This document shows positions 10,189 to 15,015 of a stretch of 15,015 nucleotides of DNA, one piece after another; position 1 is the first letter of the stretch; the number at the start of each line of letters is the position of its first letter. Source of the DNA: Abditibacteriaceae bacterium (GTDB lineage Bacteria; Armatimonadota; Abditibacteriia; Abditibacteriales; Abditibacteriaceae); the NCBI GenBank assembly GCA_031425655.1, contig JANPJS010000316.1:1-15015 (forward strand), read 5' to 3'. The notes under the pieces are model-generated. The model was not told where the DNA came from. It worked only from the letters and a program-made list of their open reading frames with translations, and did not search any database. Position numbers and translations under genes: made by a program.

Positions 10189-11319
10189 ATGATTAAGGTA
10201 ATGCTGTTCATTGACGGCACATGGCTTTACGCCAACACGCCGCGACTGGCCGATGCGTTCGGCGATCCCGATTTTCACGTAGATTTCGGCAAGCTGCCGC
10301 GCGTCTTGGCCGAAGAAGTGACGAACCAAATGGGAGGCGCCGAAATTGACGTGGTGAGGATTCATCTTTTTGGCTCTTACGCCGCCAACTACGATTTGCG
10401 AGACGATGAAGCCGTGCAACGCTGGCTGGACTTTTTCGACCGGCTCAAAGAAGAATATCACTACGAAGTCGAGCTTTTTCCGGTTAATTTTATGGGACGG
10501 CGTCTGCGTAAAATAGACCGCGATGCTTCCGACCCGTTTGAACCCAAAGAAAAGTGCGTGGATATTTCCCTTGCCACCGCCATGATGTATTACGCCGCCA
10601 TTCCCAACGCTTATGATATTGGCATCGCCGTTATCGGCGACCGCGACTTTACTCCGGCGCTGCAAAGCGTGCGGCGTCTTGGGAAGCGGGTGTCCATCGC
10701 TTCGATTAAAGGCAGTTGTTCGCCGGAATTCGCCGATCCGCGCGACGAGGCGCGAGTCAAGGATTTCGACATCGTGTGGTTGGATGACCTGCTGCATCGC
10801 TTGGAACTGAAATACGAGCGTCATCAGCTGGCCTGCGAGGCGCCGATTCATAAAGGCGCGCGTCTGGTCTGGACGACTTTTCATCCGCGCAAAGGCCAGA
10901 AGTTCTTCTGCGAAGATTGTCGCCGCGAGTTCTCACGCCAGAAAGCCGAAATGCAGAACCAATATGTCAGCACGCAGCTTGAAGGGCAGGCCACTGCCGA
11001 GCAAATGAACGTGGCGCCGGCCATGATGCGCCTCGAAGGCACCATTAAACGCAAGTTCTGGGATCGCAATTATGGTTTTATCGCCGGCGGCGACGGCATG
11101 GATTACTTTTTCCATCTCGACGATGTGATGGACGGCTTCGGATTCGACGAAGTCTACGAAGGCCTGCCGGTGGAGTTCGAGGTGCGCAAGCGCCCCAGCC
11201 CGGACAAAGCCGGCGCCGCACAGCGCGTGCGCGTGTTGAACGGCCATTTGCAGGAAACTGTCGAAGATCAGGAAGTCGAAGAAGAACAGCCGCATTTCAC
11301 GACCAGCGAAGTGGCGTAG
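10189..11319 (+). CDS. NYN (LabA/DUF88, PIN-like) RNase fused to a zinc ribbon and a C-terminal cold-shock domain
   Basis: NYN motifs 'LFIDGTW', 'EKCVDISLA', 'IGDRDFTPAL', 'RRLGKRV'. Zinc ribbon 'CEAPIH...FHPRKGQKFFCEDC'. CSD RNP1 'NYGFI', RNP2 'DYFFH', 'VEFEV'. GGAGG (10175-10179) is properly spaced for ATG 10189, not 10180. Confidence 0.88.
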   Translation: MIKVMLFIDGTWLYANTPRLADAFGDPDFHVDFGKLPRVLAEEVTNQMGGAEIDVVRIHLFGSYAANYDLRDDEAVQRWLDFFDRLKEEYHYEVELFPVNFMGRRLRKIDRDASDPFEPKEKCVDISLATAMMYYAAIPNAYDIGIAVIGDRDFTPALQSVRRLGKRVSIASIKGSCSPEFADPRDEARVKDFDIVWLDDLLHRLELKYERHQLACEAPIHKGARLVWTTFHPRKGQKFFCEDCRREFSRQKAEMQNQYVSTQLEGQATAEQMNVAPAMMRLEGTIKRKFWDRNYGFIAGGDGMDYFFHLDDVMDGFGFDEVYEGLPVEFEVRKRPSPDKAGAAQRVRVLNGHLQETVEDQEVEEEQPHFTTSEVA

Positions 11320-11337
11320 TTCTTGTAAAAACAGCAC

Positions 11338-11375
11338 GGCCCGAAGTGGATTTCCACTTCGGGCCATTCGTTTTG
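11338..11375 (+). terminator. Terminator-like hairpin after the NYN-CSD gene
   Basis: GGCCCGAAGTGGA-TT-TCCACTTCGGGCC followed by ATTCGTTTT. Confidence 0.7.
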
Positions 11376-11382
11376 AGGCATT

Positions 11383-11440
11383 GTAGGGACATGGCTTGCC
11401 GTGTCCACAGAGTTTCGGACACGGCAAGCCGTGTCCCTAT
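11383..11440. repeat. GTAG-type REP doublet (REPIN-like)
   Basis: GTAGGGACATGGCTTGCCGTGTCC (11383-11406) and an inverted copy GGACACGGCAAGCCGTGTCCCTA (11417-11439), 22/23 identical. Each unit is internally palindromic. Confidence 0.8.
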
Positions 11441-11449
11441 CAACTGAAT

Positions 11450-14400
11450 TTATGCCCCCAAACGGGCAAGAAATCTGGTGACTTCTTGAAGCTGTTCCGG
11501 CGTTAAGTTCAATGCCTGTAAGCGTTTTGCCCAGTTGTCGGCTTCGACTTTACTGCCTCCCGCGCGCAAATGAGCTTCGGCGTCCATCATGGCGGCGGCG
11601 CGGTCGAAAAGCAGGCGCGTCGGCCCGGCTAAGGCATTATAAATTTCCAGACCGCGCGCCATTTGCGCCGTATCAAAATAGGTTCGCGCCGTGAGAAACG
11701 CCAGACTTTTCTTGTCGAAATTGGAAACCCCCGCCGTGACTCGCGCCAAATCGAGCGCCTGCTTGGTCAAGCGCAGCGAGTCGGGCTTTTGCTTCAAGGC
11801 GCGCGTGAGCAGCGTGGCCTGGCGCAAGTTTTCAAAAGAGGACGGCAGACCGCGCAGAATCGCATCGCGTGTGGCTGACGCGGCTGCGTTGTCACCCGCC
11901 GCGATTTGCGCCGAAGCCAGCGCCACACGCAGGTTCAAGTCCTGCGGCTCCTTGCTTTGCGCCAAGCTCAGCAGCTTTGTAGCCTCTTCATAATTCTGAA
12001 AATTCGCGCTGTTTTCCCCTAAAATCGCCGCCGATTGTGCCGCTAAAAAGTCGTCCTTGCTTTGCATCAGCGGCTTCAAAAGCTGAAACGCGGCGTCCCA
12101 TTGACGCGCTGCCACGCGCGAGTCGGCGTCGGCTTGTTCCGGCGCATTTTCCATCATCGCTGCGGCTTTAGCGCGGGCGGCCATCTTTTCGCGCAGTTTG
12201 GCCGCCACTAAAACGGCATACGGGTCGGCGTTGGCCTTGAGCGCTTCGGCAGTCGCCTGTGAAATTTCCGGGAAGCGCAAGACCGCCGCAATCGAAGTGT
12301 CAAGCAATTGCTGCGCGTCGCTGAACGGCCACGGCTCGTGCGCCAAACGCACTAAATAATCGGCGATAATGCCCGGCTGCTTTTTGTCCACCAACATATT
12401 AAGCACGTTCACCGCGATGCCCAGCGATTCGGTCGCGCTGCTCGCGGATTGCAAGGCGGTCTCAAATTGCTCTAAGGCACCTTCCGTTTTATTGGCGCGG
12501 CGTAAAGCAATCGCGAGCATCTGGCGCGCCGGGAAAACTCCTTCGTGACGATTACTGCCGTCGCGTCCTGCCGGGCCGTCGCGCAAGGCGGTTTGCAGCA
12601 GTTGTTCGCTTTGATCCAGCACGCCGCTCACCTTAGTGACCGACATTTTTTGCAAAGCGACGGCGATTGCGACATCGGCGTCATCAGGAAACTTGACCTG
12701 CAATTCATCTAAGGCGGCCAGCGCGGCTTTGCGGTCGGCAGTGGTTTCTCCGGCGCAGGTCACCGGCGGCGCCTGCACGACTTTTTGCGCCAAAATCAGC
12801 GCGCGTTGAATGGCGTAATACGGCTGATCGGGCGCGGCGGCTACGGCGGCGGTAACCGCTTTGAGCGCCTCCGCTGTGGCCATTGCGCGCAGGTCTAAGC
12901 GATCCTTAGTCGAAACGCTGTTGGCTCCGGCTGTCAGCCCTTCCTGCGCTTTGCGCTCGGCGAGGCGCGACAGCCACCACGGTGAATTTCTCTCACGGGC
13001 CAGACCCGATCTCAGGCCGTCGAGAACCTCGGCGGGCGTGCCGAACCCTTCTAAATAACGCTGCCACAGGCGACGGTCGTCGGGCGAAGCCGTCGTGGAA
13101 ACGGCGCGCTGCTGCAACGCGGTTTTGATGACATCAAGGCGATCTGCCTTGACCCACGCCGTCAGGAAATCGGCTTCGAGTTCGCCCCGGTCGTTTTCGC
13201 CGTTCGTCCAACTCAGCAAATCCTTGAACCATTTTAAGCTGTCGGCCACTTCGCCGCGCCGCGCGATAAGCGCCATCAAACGCCGCCGCGCCGCCAAAGC
13301 AATCGGTTGCGGCGCGCGATCCGAAAGCATTTGCCATAGAGGACGCGCCGCGTCATCTTGTCCGCTGCGTTCGTAAGCGGTCGCAAGCGAAGCAACTGCG
13401 AGATCGGGCCAGTTTGTGGGGTCGCCTTCGGGCGTTTGTTCCAGAGAAAGGGCGAGCAGCGCCCGCGCCAATTGCTGCGCCGGAGCCGTTTTGGGCAGCG
13501 CCGCCAAAACCGTCGGTGCATCCTCGCGCGAAACCACCGCCGCCAGAGCTTCGGCGGCGTCCACTTGCGCCGCGATTTGCGAAGAGGTCGCCGCGATTAT
13601 ATCTGTGAAAATCTGTTGTGCCGGCGCGAAGTCACCGCGCAAACGCAGTTCATTTGCGCGCCGCAATGCCACGTCAAGGTTTTGTGGTTGCGATTTGTGC
13701 GCGGCGTCGAGCGCGGCGCGCACTTGGCCCCAATCGCGCCGCGCTGAGCCTAAACCGGCACGGCGCGATAAAACAGCGGCATGATCGGCGCCGAGCAGCT
13801 TTTCCAAGCTATCCAACGCGGTTTGGGCACGCAGATGTTGGCGCGCCGTGAGCGCCGCGTCGAAAATTGCGATCTGTGGCGCCGTTGCTTGCGGCGATTG
13901 GCGTGCGGCGTTGTCCCAAGCGGCGAAAGCGGCAGGCAAATCTTCGGCGTGCATCGCCAAAGCCACGCCGAGATTAAAGCGCGAAGAAGCGTCAGTTTTC
14001 CCTTCGTAATCGGCGATGGAGCGCAATTCTTCGTCTTCGATAATCTGTCCGGCGGGCACTTCGGGAGCAAAGGTGCCGGCGGCAAACGCTTCGGCGCGCG
14101 GTTTGAGATCGTAAACGAACTCGGCGACAACCGCGTTGGCATCGCGCACCGAGGCTTTTTGCGGCACGCCATCGGCAGAGTAGGTGAGCGTCGCTTCGGC
14201 CATTAAACGCCCGCGCTCATCGCTTTCGCGGCGCGTAGTCGCAAATTTTGTGGCCGGGTCAAAGCCGAGTTGCCATTGCGCCGGGCGGTCGTAAATGCCT
14301 CGTTTGAACGCCGCGTAAAACATACTGTCGCCGCTGCCGCCGGTGCGCACGTAATCGCGCACGGAAAAGCGGCCTACATCGGCCCGCGCCGCCCAATTTT

Positions 14401-14821
14401 TAGAATTGGGGGGCGCATTCGGCGCCGGCTTATAAGCTGCGTTGAGCGCTTCGGCAGCGGTGCCGAATAAGGCAAAGTTGGCCGGCCCGCCGAATTCCAG
14501 ACCCCAGCCGCGCCACGGCTGTTTCACGACGTTGAAGGCCAGTCTTTTGATGCGCCGGGTGGAAGCAGCGAGCAAGCGCGTTTCATCGCCGGTCGCCACG
14601 ATGGTTACGGCATCCACAAGCGCGGCGGCATCGGGCTGCACGTCCACGCGAAGTTGGTCGGGCGCCTGCCATTGCAGCGTTGCGCGCGTCGTGATGCCGC
14701 GCGCCGTCAGGGAAACGGTGCCTTCGAGGCGGTCGAAGGTTTTGGGATGAAGGTTTTGCGCCCGGCCTGTGGAAACAAAGGCGAGCAAAACGGCGAAGAG
14801 TAGGGACAAGCGAAATTTCAC
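11450..14821 (-). CDS. Large secreted protein with an N-terminal LolA-like beta domain followed by TPR-like helical repeats
   Basis: GTG start and signal peptide 'MKFRLSLLFAVLLAFVSTGRA|Q'. TPR-like units include 'LDAAHKSQPQNLDVALRRA' and 'LSLAQSKEPQDLNLRVALASAQIAAGD'. The ORF is 1123 aa and uninterrupted. Confidence 0.8.
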   Translation of the reverse strand: MKFRLSLLFAVLLAFVSTGRAQNLHPKTFDRLEGTVSLTARGITTRATLQWQAPDQLRVDVQPDAAALVDAVTIVATGDETRLLAASTRRIKRLAFNVVKQPWRGWGLEFGGPANFALFGTAAEALNAAYKPAPNAPPNSKNWAARADVGRFSVRDYVRTGGSGDSMFYAAFKRGIYDRPAQWQLGFDPATKFATTRRESDERGRLMAEATLTYSADGVPQKASVRDANAVVAEFVYDLKPRAEAFAAGTFAPEVPAGQIIEDEELRSIADYEGKTDASSRFNLGVALAMHAEDLPAAFAAWDNAARQSPQATAPQIAIFDAALTARQHLRAQTALDSLEKLLGADHAAVLSRRAGLGSARRDWGQVRAALDAAHKSQPQNLDVALRRANELRLRGDFAPAQQIFTDIIAATSSQIAAQVDAAEALAAVVSREDAPTVLAALPKTAPAQQLARALLALSLEQTPEGDPTNWPDLAVASLATAYERSGQDDAARPLWQMLSDRAPQPIALAARRRLMALIARRGEVADSLKWFKDLLSWTNGENDRGELEADFLTAWVKADRLDVIKTALQQRAVSTTASPDDRRLWQRYLEGFGTPAEVLDGLRSGLARERNSPWWLSRLAERKAQEGLTAGANSVSTKDRLDLRAMATAEALKAVTAAVAAAPDQPYYAIQRALILAQKVVQAPPVTCAGETTADRKAALAALDELQVKFPDDADVAIAVALQKMSVTKVSGVLDQSEQLLQTALRDGPAGRDGSNRHEGVFPARQMLAIALRRANKTEGALEQFETALQSASSATESLGIAVNVLNMLVDKKQPGIIADYLVRLAHEPWPFSDAQQLLDTSIAAVLRFPEISQATAEALKANADPYAVLVAAKLREKMAARAKAAAMMENAPEQADADSRVAARQWDAAFQLLKPLMQSKDDFLAAQSAAILGENSANFQNYEEATKLLSLAQSKEPQDLNLRVALASAQIAAGDNAAASATRDAILRGLPSSFENLRQATLLTRALKQKPDSLRLTKQALDLARVTAGVSNFDKKSLAFLTARTYFDTAQMARGLEIYNALAGPTRLLFDRAAAMMDAEAHLRAGGSKVEADNWAKRLQALNLTPEQLQEVTRFLARLGA

Positions 14822-15015
14822 AGATATTAGGATAAGGCGTGGCGCCGCACGTTGCTCGCAGCTTGGCGCAGGGCAAACGCATTAGGATTTTTCGGTGTTC
14901 CCGGAATGGCCCGGCGAAAAAATTAGCGGCAACAAAGCCGCAAAATACACCAACGTGGACTCTTTTGAGAGCGTTTATTGGCCGTTGGGGGGCTGTTGCG
15001 GGTTGTTTGCGCGAA

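Noticed and set aside
10138..10884. 248-aa antisense ORF opposite the NYN gene
   Set aside because: It is a shadow ORF. The plus strand carries the clear domain motifs.
14822..15015. ncRNA or gene in the terminal intergenic stretch
   Set aside because: It has only short, weak inverted repeats and no recognisable RNA motif or supported ORF.

Overview
This is a GC-rich bacterial chromosomal window with no rRNA, tRNA, CRISPR array or transposase. From left to right it holds: (1) a 120-bp element bounded by 31-bp imperfect inverted repeats; (2) a CpxRA-like two-component operon on the minus strand, with a heptamer-repeat hairpin between the genes, divergent from a Spy/CpxP-like exported protein and a second exported protein built from a duplicated helical domain; (3) a probable carbohydrate-related block (alpha/beta hydrolase, DUF4832/GH-A-like secreted protein, double discoidin-like protein); (4) thiC, with an extended -10 promoter and only a fragment resembling a TPP riboswitch, translationally coupled to a JAB/MPN-motif protein and a 70-aa partner, then a strong terminator; (5) a NYN RNase - zinc ribbon - cold-shock domain fusion, followed by a terminator and a GTAG-type REP doublet; (6) a large secreted LolA-like + TPR protein. 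The most unusual parts are the JAB + small-protein cassette in the thiC transcription unit and the adjacent NYN-ZnR-CSD fusion. All family assignments come from reading motifs by eye, not from database searches.
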